Shown: piece by piece, positions 45,624 through 56,082 of the stretch
Layout of the letters: each line of letters opens with the position of its first letter
Position numbering within the stretch: the stretch's first letter is position 1
From: Calditrichia bacterium
GTDB lineage: Bacteria > Calditrichota > Calditrichia > JAJRVZ01
DNA: 64,000 nt
Reading direction: 5' to 3'
NCBI GenBank assembly: GCA_963796965.1
Contig: CAWCNS010000006.1
Coordinates: 160,001-224,000 of the forward strand
Made by a program: the position numbers and the translations under genes
The notes under the pieces: generated by a model
Told to the model about the DNA's origin: nothing
The model's database searches: none
The model's input: only the letters and a program-made list of their open reading frames with translations

Positions 45624-47345
45624 TTATTGTAAAATCTCATCTGCATGTAATAAATCAGAAAACTGATCGTTTTTTATCGACTCCGAATTTTTTCGGGCGT
45701 TTGCTAAGGCAGTGGTTATATAACGATTTGCAATAAAAATCTTTCGACGGTTTATCTCCGCTTCATCCAAAACCAGATAGCCAACAAACAAATACGAATA
45801 CAAATCAACTAATTCTTTTGCAGCTACATCCTGGAAACGGGGATCATTTTTATCAACAACATATTTACGGCAATCCAGAAAAATTTCTCTAATTTCTTTA
45901 AGGTGGTCGGCTAATTTTGTCATTGCCCCCTTATAAGATTTTTTCATTTTTTTATCAAAGTGTTCTTCTAAAATATCATTGATAACACCGCCAACAGCAG
46001 CCACTATCTGTAATTGAGAAGTTCCTTCATAAATATTTGTGATTCGGGCATCCCTGACTAATCTTTCAATCGAGAAATCTTTCATATAGCCCGCTCCGCC
46101 ATGAATCTGAAGTGAGTCATAGGTGATTTTATTTGATCCCTCAGTTAAAATATACTTTGTGATCGGGGTAAGCAAATTGCATACTTTGATTGCTTCCTTC
46201 ATCCGATCGGATTCTTCCTGAAAATTTTTACCCTCCGCCTTTAGCAGCTCTATATGCTCTTCAAGTTTATTTCTCGTATCTACCCATTTACAAGTAGCGT
46301 AAAAAAGTGAGCGGTTTGTTTCCAGCGCAACACGCATATCAATCAACATATTTGTTACGGGAGGAATATTGTAAATTGGTTGTCCAAACTGTTCTCTTGC
46401 CTTTGCATAGGATAACGCCTCTTCATAACCAGCCTGAGAAATACCAAGCGCTTGTGCTGATACACCCAGTCTGGCACTGTACATTAAATCTATAACATAT
46501 TTAATCAATCCAAATTTACGCTTACCAATCAGGACAGCAGGTGTATCGTTAAATTGTAGTTCTGCTGTCGGAGAGCCGTGAATTCCCAATTTATTTTCAA
46601 TACGACGAACCACAACCGTATCATCCCCATAGCAGGCAAACATAGACAGACCTCTTCCGTCTTTGGTTCCAGCTTCTGATCGTGCCAACACCAGTAATAC
46701 TTCACCGCCACCATTTGTGATAAATCGTTTAACACCACGCAGGAACCACTGTCCATCCTCATTCTGATAAGCTTGTAATTTTACTGCCTGGAGATCAGAT
46801 CCTGCATCAGGTTCGGTCAGGGCCATGGCTCCTGTATACTCGCCAGTAGAAAAAGGAGGCAAGTATTCTCTTTTTTGTTCTTCATCCCCAAATTTGGAAA
46901 TGGTCATGGCGATGTCCTGCAGACCAAATATATTCATCAGCGAGGCATCTGCACGTGATACCGTTTCAACCATCATCATGTAAATTGTTTTGGGAAAATT
47001 CAGGCCCTCATATTTACGTGGAAACTCTACAGCCATTAAATCTGCTGCTGCTAATTGTTTAAGGTTTTCCTGTGTTCCTTTTGCATAGACAACTTTACCA
47101 TTTTCTATAGTGTTTCCCTGCTCGTCAACCTCCCCGGCACGAGGGGCTACAAAATTGCCAGCAATATCGCCAACAATTTCCATAATTTTACGATAATTTT
47201 CTATGGCATCTGCGTAGTTCGTTGGGGCATAATTATATTCTTTTGCTTCTTCGTAGAAGTTTTCGGTCAGCTCTACAATTTCTTCTATATCAAGATTTTC
47301 AAATTGAAAAAGTATATCTGAGTTTTCAGTGAAAAAATTTGGCAT
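45624..47345 (-). CDS. Acyl-CoA dehydrogenase (ETF-linked)
   Basis: ALTEPDAGSD, KLGIHGSPT, QIHGGAGY, IYEGTSQLQ. Confidence 0.93.
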   Translation of the reverse strand: MPNFFTENSDILFQFENLDIEEIVELTENFYEEAKEYNYAPTNYADAIENYRKIMEIVGDIAGNFVAPRAGEVDEQGNTIENGKVVYAKGTQENLKQLAAADLMAVEFPRKYEGLNFPKTIYMMMVETVSRADASLMNIFGLQDIAMTISKFGDEEQKREYLPPFSTGEYTGAMALTEPDAGSDLQAVKLQAYQNEDGQWFLRGVKRFITNGGGEVLLVLARSEAGTKDGRGLSMFACYGDDTVVVRRIENKLGIHGSPTAELQFNDTPAVLIGKRKFGLIKYVIDLMYSARLGVSAQALGISQAGYEEALSYAKAREQFGQPIYNIPPVTNMLIDMRVALETNRSLFYATCKWVDTRNKLEEHIELLKAEGKNFQEESDRMKEAIKVCNLLTPITKYILTEGSNKITYDSLQIHGGAGYMKDFSIERLVRDARITNIYEGTSQLQIVAAVGGVINDILEEHFDKKMKKSYKGAMTKLADHLKEIREIFLDCRKYVVDKNDPRFQDVAAKELVDLYSYLFVGYLVLDEAEINRRKIFIANRYITTALANARKNSESIKNDQFSDLLHADEILQ

Positions 47346-47354
47346 CGAAATCCT

Positions 47355-48375
47355 CTATTTTAGTTTATGTTTATATACATCAATCAAATTTGGTATAACA
47401 TCCGCAGCATCACCAACTATCCCGTAATGACAGACATCAAAGATCGGTGCTTCCGGATCTGTATTGATCGCAATAATTTTATTTGAATCTTCCATACCAG
47501 CGCGATGCTGAATTGCACCCGAGATACCACAGGCAATATATAATTTTGGTCTTACCGTAACCCCTGTCTGACCAACCTGACGTTCATGGGGAATAAATCC
47601 CGCATCCACGGCTGCCCTGCTCCCGGCCACTTCTCCACCAAGAACATGGGCCAAATCATGTAATAGTTGAAAATTCTTTTTAGAGCCCATCCCATAACCA
47701 CCCGCTATAATGATGGGTGCTCCCTTAAGATTGATTGTACTTTCTTCGTGATGTCGGTCAATAATCTTGATTAATTTATCAATCTTATCCGGTGTATATG
47801 GAACCTCAACAATCTTACCAGCAACCGCTTTATCCAGGGGCAGATTCTCCATTACCCCTTCCCTGACAGTCGCCATCTGTATAGGAACATTCGGTGTTAT
47901 GATCGTCGCGATAATATTTCCACCAAACGCCGGTCGTATTTGCAAAAGAAGATCTTTATACTCTTGACGCAGGTATTTTACATCTGAAATCTGGAGATCA
48001 GTACAATCTGCGGTTAATCCACTTCGGGTGTAAGATGCTACCCTTGGTGCAAGATCCCGGCCAATAAAACTAGCACCGTATAATACAACCCGTGGCTTTT
48101 TTGTAGAGACCAGCTCATTCATGATTCGACTATAGGGAACTGTTTTATAGTCCTTCAGTTCTGGATGATCTACCAAGAGACATTCTTTTGCGCCATATCG
48201 AAAGGTTTGTTCGGCCACCTCTCTCATTTCATGACCTATCACTATGGATTTAAGCGTTCCCTCAAGCACTTCGGCTAATTTTCGCCCCTTCGAAAGAAGT
48301 CTCAAAACTTACATCAGCTGGTTTGCCGGATCGCTGTTCTATAAATACCCATACCTCGTTTGCAAATTTTTCCAT
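47355..48375 (-). CDS. etfA: Electron transfer flavoprotein alpha subunit (indel near 48300)
   Basis: GLTADCT, RPAFGGN, QVGQTG, GISGAIQH; start MEKFANEVWVFIEQ at 48375. Confidence 0.93.
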
Positions 48376-48384
48376 AAAAAACCT

Positions 48385-49275
48385 TTACCCCAATATATGA
48401 TCGTCCATCAGTTTATCAACCAGAAGCCCTAAACCTTCTTTGTTGGGTTCAATTTTAACATGTTCACCACCACCGAGAACAACCGAATCAATTTTAAATA
48501 CTTTAGTAGGTGATCCGTGTAAGCCACAGCGATCTGCATCCAATTTGAGCTCGTCCATAGTTAATGTTTCAATAAACAAGGACTTTGAAATATACTCATC
48601 TTTCAAATCATCAATATATAGGAGAGAATTACCCTCAACCATTTTTTCAAGTTCAACTAAAGACCTGGCATTTTTATAGCCCATTACACGTCTGGCTTTA
48701 AACGGTCTGGGAATTGCCGCGTCTTTAATAACCGTAATCAAGATAGGAAGAGGACTTTCAAGGATCTCATGACCACCGTCAATTTTGCGCCGGATCGTAA
48801 TTTTATTTTTCTCCAAATTCTCGATTTTTTCTGTATAGGTAACTTGAGGCAATTCAAGTTTCTCAGCCGTTTGTGGACCAACCTGGGCAGTATCACCGTC
48901 GATAGCTTGTCGACCAGCAAAAATCATATCGAAATTTCCTAATTTTTTGATTGCTTCAGAAAGCACATAGGAAGTGGCTAATGTATCAGCACCGGCAAAC
49001 TTTCTGTCGCTGATCAGTACAGCATGATCAGCACCCATGTAAAGACATTCCCGTAACAATTCAGATGCCTTTGGCGGACCCATTGTTAGTACCGTAACCT
49101 CACCGCCATATTTATCACGGGTTTGAAGCGCTAATTCCAAAGCAACCTTATCTTCAGGATTAAATACTGCTGGCAGCATTGCCCGGTTTACTGTGCCATC
49201 GGGTTTCATTACCTGGCCCGATATATTGGCTGTATCAGGTACCTGTTTCACCAATACTATTGATTGATAGCTCAT
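48385..49275 (-). CDS. etfB: Electron transfer flavoprotein beta subunit
   Basis: VKQVPDT, TMGPP, FAGADTLAT, DGDTAQVG. Confidence 0.93.
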   Translation of the reverse strand: MSYQSIVLVKQVPDTANISGQVMKPDGTVNRAMLPAVFNPEDKVALELALQTRDKYGGEVTVLTMGPPKASELLRECLYMGADHAVLISDRKFAGADTLATSYVLSEAIKKLGNFDMIFAGRQAIDGDTAQVGPQTAEKLELPQVTYTEKIENLEKNKITIRRKIDGGHEILESPLPILITVIKDAAIPRPFKARRVMGYKNARSLVELEKMVEGNSLLYIDDLKDEYISKSLFIETLTMDELKLDADRCGLHGSPTKVFKIDSVVLGGGEHVKIEPNKEGLGLLVDKLMDDHILG

Positions 49276-49555
49276 AATTTCCTTTAAACTTATATTCCTA
49301 TTTTTTAGATACTCGATAGAGAAATAATCTGATACCCCCATAAACTTGGATCATTTTATAAACCTGATCGATTGACGAGAGCGGTAATTTTATCAATGAT
49401 GGACTGTCCTGACAGGATATCCGAATCATCAATTTTTATGAGGTTTATACAAATAAAGTTGATAAATCTACTCAAAAGGAGAGAAGAAAACAAGGTATAA
49501 TCAGTTTTTAGTCGGTATGAATCACAGCAAACAAATGTTAGTTTAATATTGAGAT

Positions 49556-50416
49556 CTAGTGATCAATAAACTGCTTGAGATGCATGCTTCGAGATTTATG
49601 TCTTAACCGGATTATTGCCCGCTCTTTGATTTGGCGGACCCTTTCTCTTGTAAGAAGGAATTTTTCCCCTATTTCCTCTAACGTTGCCGGGCGCTCTCTG
49701 TCAAATCCAAAATACATACGAAGAATATCAGCTTCTTTTTTTGAAAGTGACTCAAATGCTTTTTCCACTTCCTCTTTTAATGATTCATCTGTGATCTGTT
49801 GATCAGGTAATAAGAGATTATCATCACCCGTGACCTCAAGCAAGGTCGTTTTCTCGTCAGAAGAGATTGTAGATTCAAGAGAAAGTTGTTTCCCTGATAA
49901 TTGAGAAATAAAATTCACCTCACCCGATGTCATTTCAAGGCATTCTGCGATTTCATCTTGTGTCGGTTCTCGTTCAAAAACTTGTTCCAAAGAATCATGG
50001 GTTTTGCCAATTCGATTGATTGATGTAATTCTATTTAGGGGCAGGCGTACAGTACGGGTTTGTTCAGCCAATGACTGTAGTATACTCTGCCTTATCCACC
50101 AAACAGCATAAGAAATAAATTTAAAACCCTTTGTCTCATCAAATCGTTTGGCCGCTTTTATTAAACCCAGATTACCCTCATTAATAAGATCCTCTAATGG
50201 GAGACCTTGATTTTTGTATTCCAATGCTACGCGCACAACAAATCTCAAGTTTGCTTGAATAAGTTGAGTCAAAGCTCTTCTATCTCCCTCACGTATTTGG
50301 GATGCTAAGAGAACCTCTTCCTCTGCGGTTAGGAGGGGAATATTACTTATCTCCCCAAAATACTTTGCCAAAGACTCATTGCTCTCAAAATTACTTCTTG
50401 TATTTGATTTGTTCAT
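49556..50416 (-). CDS. RNA polymerase sigma-70 factor, short RpoD/SigA family
   Basis: NLRFVV, DLINEGNLGL, FISYAVWWIRQ, LTRERVRQI; lacks region 1.1. Confidence 0.92.
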   Translation of the reverse strand: MNKSNTRSNFESNESLAKYFGEISNIPLLTAEEEVLLASQIREGDRRALTQLIQANLRFVVRVALEYKNQGLPLEDLINEGNLGLIKAAKRFDETKGFKFISYAVWWIRQSILQSLAEQTRTVRLPLNRITSINRIGKTHDSLEQVFEREPTQDEIAECLEMTSGEVNFISQLSGKQLSLESTISSDEKTTLLEVTGDDNLLLPDQQITDESLKEEVEKAFESLSKKEADILRMYFGFDRERPATLEEIGEKFLLTRERVRQIKERAIIRLRHKSRSMHLKQFIDH

Positions 50417-50717
50417 TATTCCTCCCATTTCGGGTCTTTATTACCCTGCAGTGGATAATGAAATAGATTTTAGTGCGATCTAAATCATACATCCTATCCT
50501 ATACTCTATCATCGCTCTGTTTACTAGAATTCTTTAAGAGAAATTTTAATTTTTAATGTTTTCACTTAACTTATTTTTAAGAAGATCTCATCCCCAATGT
50601 CTATAAGAAATCGGACTAAACCCATCAACCTTATCTGTGTTTTCCTAGCAATTTGTATTGATAAAAATATACTTATTTACTATTTTGCCTCGAACCCTAA
50701 TAATCATAAAGAGATAC

Positions 50718-51980
50718 ATGAAAATTTTATATCACAACAACGATGGCCATCTCTGCTTTGAAAAGATTAATCTCAGCAGCTTCGTCGCCAATGTACCTAC
50801 TCCTTTTTATATTTACAGTCATAACGAGGTTGAAAAGAATTGTCGTGATATCTTGTCTCATGCCGGGTCTTTAAATTTTTTACCTTGTTATGCCCTTAAA
50901 GCAAATTACAATCCAACGCTTTTAAATATTATTAAAAAGATGGGATTTGGGGCTGATGTGGTTTCAGGAGGTGAATTATTTTTTGCAAAAAAGATCGGCA
51001 TTCCTGCCCAAAAAATAGTTTTCGCGGGTGTGGGAAAGTCAGAACAAGAGATTGAAGCATCAATTAATAATGAAATTCATTCTCTAAATGTCGAATCTGA
51101 ATCTGAATTAAAAACGGTTGCTAAAGTTGCCGAAAATTTGCAGAAAAAGATCGTCATATCAATACGTGTAAATCCAGATATCGATGCTGGTACCCATCCT
51201 TACATATCTACGGGCTTAGTATCGAGCAAATTTGGCGTTGATCGGGAGACGGCATTATCGCTATATAAACAAGCTGTTAAATACCCTTTTATCAAACCGT
51301 CAGGCATTCATGTCCATATTGGCTCTCAAATTTCCACGGCGGAACCTTATTTGGAAACAATTCTTTTTCTCAATCATCTTATCGAGGATCTGGCTAATTT
51401 AGATATCCATATTCAATATCTTGATCTTGGTGGAGGAATCGGAATTGATTACAAAAACCAACTAAATCCGGAGGGTATCCCCAGAACCTATATTAATGAA
51501 ATTTTACCTAAACTTTTAGCACCACTTCGAAATCGCAATTTAAAAGTTCTTATTGAACTGGGTAGATCAGTTATAGGAACCGCCGGATTACTTATTTCTA
51601 AAATTCTCTATGTTAAGAGGACTCCACAAAAAAAGTTTTATATCATTGATGCTGCCATGAATAATCTGATTCGACCAAGTCTTTACAATGCCCACCACCA
51701 GATAATTCCTTTAAAACATATTGAAGGTGATTTAGAACCGGTGGATATTGTCGGTCCCGTCTGTGAGTCAACTGATTTTCTTGCAAAGGACAGACCTCTT
51801 CCTGATTTGAAGGAAGGAGATTATCTTGCCATATCAGGTGTTGGTGCCTACGGACAAGCTCTTGCTTCAAATTATAATCTACGCGTTCGAATTGCAGAAT
51901 ATCTGGTCAATGGAGGCTCTGTAGAATCTATTTTCAAGGCAGAAACACTTGACGAAATAGCAAATAGGTTTAACTTTTAG
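50718..51980 (+). CDS. lysA: Diaminopimelate decarboxylase
   Basis: YALKAN, HVHIGSQ, DLGGG, GPVCESTD, GAYG. Confidence 0.95.
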   Translation: MKILYHNNDGHLCFEKINLSSFVANVPTPFYIYSHNEVEKNCRDILSHAGSLNFLPCYALKANYNPTLLNIIKKMGFGADVVSGGELFFAKKIGIPAQKIVFAGVGKSEQEIEASINNEIHSLNVESESELKTVAKVAENLQKKIVISIRVNPDIDAGTHPYISTGLVSSKFGVDRETALSLYKQAVKYPFIKPSGIHVHIGSQISTAEPYLETILFLNHLIEDLANLDIHIQYLDLGGGIGIDYKNQLNPEGIPRTYINEILPKLLAPLRNRNLKVLIELGRSVIGTAGLLISKILYVKRTPQKKFYIIDAAMNNLIRPSLYNAHHQIIPLKHIEGDLEPVDIVGPVCESTDFLAKDRPLPDLKEGDYLAISGVGAYGQALASNYNLRVRIAEYLVNGGSVESIFKAETLDEIANRFNF

Positions 51981-51987
51981 CAGACTT

Positions 51988-53100
51988 ATGGGCCCTACAA
52001 TCGCATATATTTCACACAAAAATTTACTGTATAATATTGATCTTATCCGTAGAGCAATAGGATCACGCAAAATAATGGCCGTTGTGAAAGCATTTGCTTA
52101 TGGCCATGGAGATATAGAGGTTGCCACAACTGCATTAAAGGCCGGCTGCGAATATCTTGGTGTTGCCTTCGTTGAAGAGGGTATTCGCCTTCGTAAAGCA
52201 GGTATTACAGCGCCTGTCTTGGTTTTTGGCGCACAATTACCAGACTATCTTCAATCTGCAATAGAATACAATCTAGATCTAACCATAACCTCACGAAATC
52301 AATTATTATTTTTAGAAACTATCACAAAAGAAAAATCATTAAATGTTCCAATACATCTTAAGTTTGATACGGGAATGAACCGTGTAGGATTTCCCATTAA
52401 TGAGTTGGAAGATGTCATTAAAAATGTTAAAAATAATAAGCGGTTGGATATCAAAGGGATCTACTCACATTTGTCTACCTCCGATGAGAATGATAAGAGT
52501 TATACCAATCTACAAATTCAGCGCTTCGATGAAATTCAGAAATACGTAAATAATGTAATGCCTGAAGATATAATTTTTCATCTGGCAAATTCCGCTGCTA
52601 TTATGAGATTTTCAGACTCATATTTTGATTTGGTCCGTCCCGGTATTATGTTATATGGTCAATCACCGTCTCCGGATTTTACTTTGAACTGGGATTTAAA
52701 AGAAGTACTTTCTCTACGCTCCAGGATTGGATTGATAAAACGTATAAAAAAAAATGAACCTGTAAGCTATGGTCGGCGTTTTTATACTAAAGAGACTACA
52801 CATATTGGTGTAATTCCCGCAGGATACGCTGATGGTATAAATCGCGGGTTAACTAACAATGCCCATGTCATTATAAGGGATATCATTTATCCCATTATTG
52901 GAACCGTATGTATGGATATGGTAATGGTCGATTTAGGTGCTGATCTGAAATGTAATACAGGTGATGAAGTCATTTTTTATGGACAGGCAAATAGTAAAAG
53001 CATTTCCATAAATGAGATTGCCAAAAATTTAAAGACGATCGCATATGAGGTTACATGCAATGTTTCTGCACGTGTTCCGCGGAAACATTTATATTCCTAA
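51988..53100 (+). CDS. alr: Alanine racemase
   Basis: AVVKAFAYGHG, DTGMNRVG, RPGIMLYG, GYADG, VCMD. Confidence 0.96.
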   Translation: MGPTIAYISHKNLLYNIDLIRRAIGSRKIMAVVKAFAYGHGDIEVATTALKAGCEYLGVAFVEEGIRLRKAGITAPVLVFGAQLPDYLQSAIEYNLDLTITSRNQLLFLETITKEKSLNVPIHLKFDTGMNRVGFPINELEDVIKNVKNNKRLDIKGIYSHLSTSDENDKSYTNLQIQRFDEIQKYVNNVMPEDIIFHLANSAAIMRFSDSYFDLVRPGIMLYGQSPSPDFTLNWDLKEVLSLRSRIGLIKRIKKNEPVSYGRRFYTKETTHIGVIPAGYADGINRGLTNNAHVIIRDIIYPIIGTVCMDMVMVDLGADLKCNTGDEVIFYGQANSKSISINEIAKNLKTIAYEVTCNVSARVPRKHLYS

Positions 53101-53113
53101 ACAGGAGGGTTTC

Positions 53114-53947
53114 ATGAAAACTCTTATTAGTTTATTACTCTTTGTGCTTCTCGTAAATAGTTCAAGCGCTCAGGTATTAAAAGCAACTGTTACCGCTGAT
53201 TTTGGTTATCTACCATCTGAAGAGGTAAATAATCTGACAGAATTAACAAGCAATATAGAAGACTATATCAATAATTTTGCCTGGACAGATGATGAATATG
53301 AAACTGATATTGACGTAAGTATATTTATTATGGTCGAGACTGTTTTTAATAAGGGCCATGAAAAAATGTTTCGGGCCCAGTTCCAAATAAAAAGCGTTTC
53401 CGGAGAAAGCTTTTATGACAAAGAATGGGAATTTGCCTATCAACCCGGATATTTATTCGATCATGCTAAGGTCTCCTTTGACCCTCTTACACATTTTATC
53501 GATTATTATTGTTTCTTAGTACTTGGTGGCGAAATGGATGGCTATGATCAGAATTTGGGGTCGCCTTTTTACATCGAGGCTACTAATCTGGGAAATATTG
53601 GTTCGCGTTCCAAATATCCAAAAGGATGGTCTAAACGTGTATCCGAATTACAAAAAATAACAGATGTGCGGATCCGCCCATTACGCTATGCCAAGCCTGA
53701 TTTTTTTGAGGCAAAATATCTACTAGAAGAGGGTAATCTGGCCGAAGCAAAACTATATTGCAGCAAGGTGCTTGATGCGATTGGCCAGGTTGTTGAAGAT
53801 CAACCAAATAATAAATACCTCAAAAACTTTTTTGATGCGCACCATTTGGTTTTTGCCAAAATCTTTGAAGATGATCCCGAGAGTTTAAAACGATTAATTA
53901 ACTATGATAATTATCATCGGGAGATATATCGTGAAGCAATGCAATAG
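53114..53947 (+). CDS. Exported DUF4835-like protein
   Basis: AGGAGG RBS, signal peptide SSA-Q, INNFAWT, DKEWEFAY, PLTHFIDYY. Confidence 0.65.
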   Translation: MKTLISLLLFVLLVNSSSAQVLKATVTADFGYLPSEEVNNLTELTSNIEDYINNFAWTDDEYETDIDVSIFIMVETVFNKGHEKMFRAQFQIKSVSGESFYDKEWEFAYQPGYLFDHAKVSFDPLTHFIDYYCFLVLGGEMDGYDQNLGSPFYIEATNLGNIGSRSKYPKGWSKRVSELQKITDVRIRPLRYAKPDFFEAKYLLEEGNLAEAKLYCSKVLDAIGQVVEDQPNNKYLKNFFDAHHLVFAKIFEDDPESLKRLINYDNYHREIYREAMQ

Positions 53948-53990
53948 AGTGTCTTAATAATCTAATCACTAATACTTTGCCCAAAGCAAG

Positions 53991-55208
53991 TTATTTCTTG
54001 GACTTGACCTTGGCGAATTTCCTTTTTCCAACTTTCAATATAATCTCCTTTTCAACAGATATCGATTGAAAAGGATCTTTAATCTTTTCACCATCTACCG
54101 AAACACCGCCCTGTTGAATTAGCCGACGTGCCTCATTCTTTGAACCCGCTGTCTTGGTTTTAATCAGTAAATCATCAACCCGGCAATTCGTTTCATCGAT
54201 TAATACTAGCTCAATCTGATCCGGCGTCTTTTTTTGCACAAATATGCGTTCAAATTCAGATTCTGCTTCTTTTGAAGCTTTTTCTCCCTGGTACATTTTA
54301 ACCACTGTCCGGGCCAAATATTTTTTTACATCACGCGGATTGGTTTCAGATTTATCAAGGGTTGCCTTTATTTCGGATAGTTCGGACAAAGCAACATCAC
54401 TGATTAACTCAAAATAAGGATAAATCAATTTATCTGGAATGGACATAACCTTTCCATATATCTCTTTCGGCGATTCATCTATACCAATATAGTTTCCAAG
54501 TGACTTACTCATTCGCTGAGTACCATCCAAACCCTCTAAAACCGGTAATGTCAGAACAATCTGCTGCTCAACATTATATTCTTTTTGAATCTGACGGGCA
54601 ATAACAAGATTAAATTTTTGCTCCGTTGCACCTAACTCTACATCCGCCTTTATCATAACGGAATCAAATCCTTGCATAAGCGGGTAAAAAAATTCATGTA
54701 TACTTATAGGTAATTGATTGCCATATCTTTTAGAGAAATCATCTCTTTCCAGCATGCGTGCTACTGTAAATTTTGATGCTAGACTCATTATCTCATCAAA
54801 GGTCATCTTGCTAAACCACTCACCATTAAATCGCGTTTGGGTTTTATTTTTATCCAGAATCTTAAAAAACTGATCCTGGTAAGTTTTGGCATTCTTCATG
54901 ACATCGTCATGGGTTAATCTGGGACGTGTGCTGCTTTTTTCGGAGGGATCACCCACCATGGCGGTGTAGTCACCAATGATGACAACAACTTGGTGACCAA
55001 GATCCTGAAACTGCCTGAGTTTTCTAATTCCCACGGTATGTCCCAAATGAATATCTGGAGCTGTTGGATCAAATCCCTGCTTTATTATCAGGGGTTTATT
55101 TATTTTAATTGAATTTTCAATTTTTTTTACAATTTCGTCTTCCGGCAACAAATCAACGGTTCCACGTTTTATAACATCCATCTGCTCATTCAAACTAGGA
55201 AAAGACAT
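53991..55208 (-). CDS. tyrS: Tyrosine--tRNA ligase
   Basis: GFDPTAPDIHLGH, RMSKS, C-terminal S4 domain. Confidence 0.97.
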   Translation of the reverse strand: MSFPSLNEQMDVIKRGTVDLLPEDEIVKKIENSIKINKPLIIKQGFDPTAPDIHLGHTVGIRKLRQFQDLGHQVVVIIGDYTAMVGDPSEKSSTRPRLTHDDVMKNAKTYQDQFFKILDKNKTQTRFNGEWFSKMTFDEIMSLASKFTVARMLERDDFSKRYGNQLPISIHEFFYPLMQGFDSVMIKADVELGATEQKFNLVIARQIQKEYNVEQQIVLTLPVLEGLDGTQRMSKSLGNYIGIDESPKEIYGKVMSIPDKLIYPYFELISDVALSELSEIKATLDKSETNPRDVKKYLARTVVKMYQGEKASKEAESEFERIFVQKKTPDQIELVLIDETNCRVDDLLIKTKTAGSKNEARRLIQQGGVSVDGEKIKDPFQSISVEKEIILKVGKRKFAKVKSKK

Positions 55209-55290
55209 TCAAAACTCTCCTGTACTCTGTTTATCCAGTTAAACAAAATCTGTTTATCCCGGCATGTACGTCATATTTCACACTTGACGT

Positions 55291-55753
55291 CTATATTTTA
55301 AATTTAAATTTTTTTTGTTCTCTTTCCATCTCTCTCTTTGCATCTCGTTGGGCAATAGTGACTTTCTTATCATACTGTCGCTTTCCCCTTGCAACTCCAA
55401 GTTCCACTTTAGCTTTGTTATTCTTGAAATATATTTTTAAAGGAATTAGCGTAAATCCCTTCTCTTCTATTTTTCTTGTCAACTTTTTTATTTCATTACG
55501 ATGTAATAACAGTCTTGCGTTCTCGTAATGGATCATGATTTTGAATTGACGCCTCCTTGTAGGGAGAAACATGCATACCAATGACCCATATTTCTCCTTT
55601 TATTACCCGGGCGTAAGAGTCGGATAAATTAACGCGGCCGATACGGAGCGATTTGACCTCACTCCCGACTAAGACAAGACCAGCTTCTATGCTATCAGTG
55701 ATTTCATATTCGTGTCTGGCTTTTCTATTTGTTACAACAACCTTCTCGCTCAT
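55291..55753 (-). CDS. smpB: SsrA-binding protein (one indel)
   Basis: NRKARHEY, EAGLVLVGSEVKS, LLLHRNEI, GKRQYDK. Confidence 0.94.
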
Positions 55754-55905
55754 GTCAACTCATCTTTCTATCTACAATATTTTACCCTTAACCAACCTAC
55801 ACTGCATGAGAAACGCCAAACATATAAAAAATATCTTCTGCGAGCAAGTAAGCCAGCCAAAAGATTGCTTTTAGTTTTACGTCTGACTAAATTTATAATT
55901 CATAT

Positions 55906-55989
55906 GCGAAAGTGGCGGAATTGGTAGACGCGCTAGGTTCAGGGTCTAGTGGGCGCAAGCCCGTGGGGGTTCAAGTCCCCCCTTTCGCA
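55906..55989 (+). tRNA. tRNA-Leu(CAG)
   Basis: Acceptor GCGAAAG/CTTTCGC-A, anticodon arm CTAGG-TTCAGGG-TCTAG, long variable arm, GTTCAAGTC; CCA not encoded. Confidence 0.96.
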
Positions 55990-56082
55990 CTCAGATTTTT
56001 TCTAATATACCTACCTGATGTCATTTCCGAATGCAATACTATTATGTTTAAACTAATCTATCAAATTTAATAAGGATCCTGC

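Noticed and set aside
55906..56082. Integrated element at tRNA-Leu
   Set aside because: No integrase and no duplicated tRNA 3' end seen; flanks are housekeeping genes.
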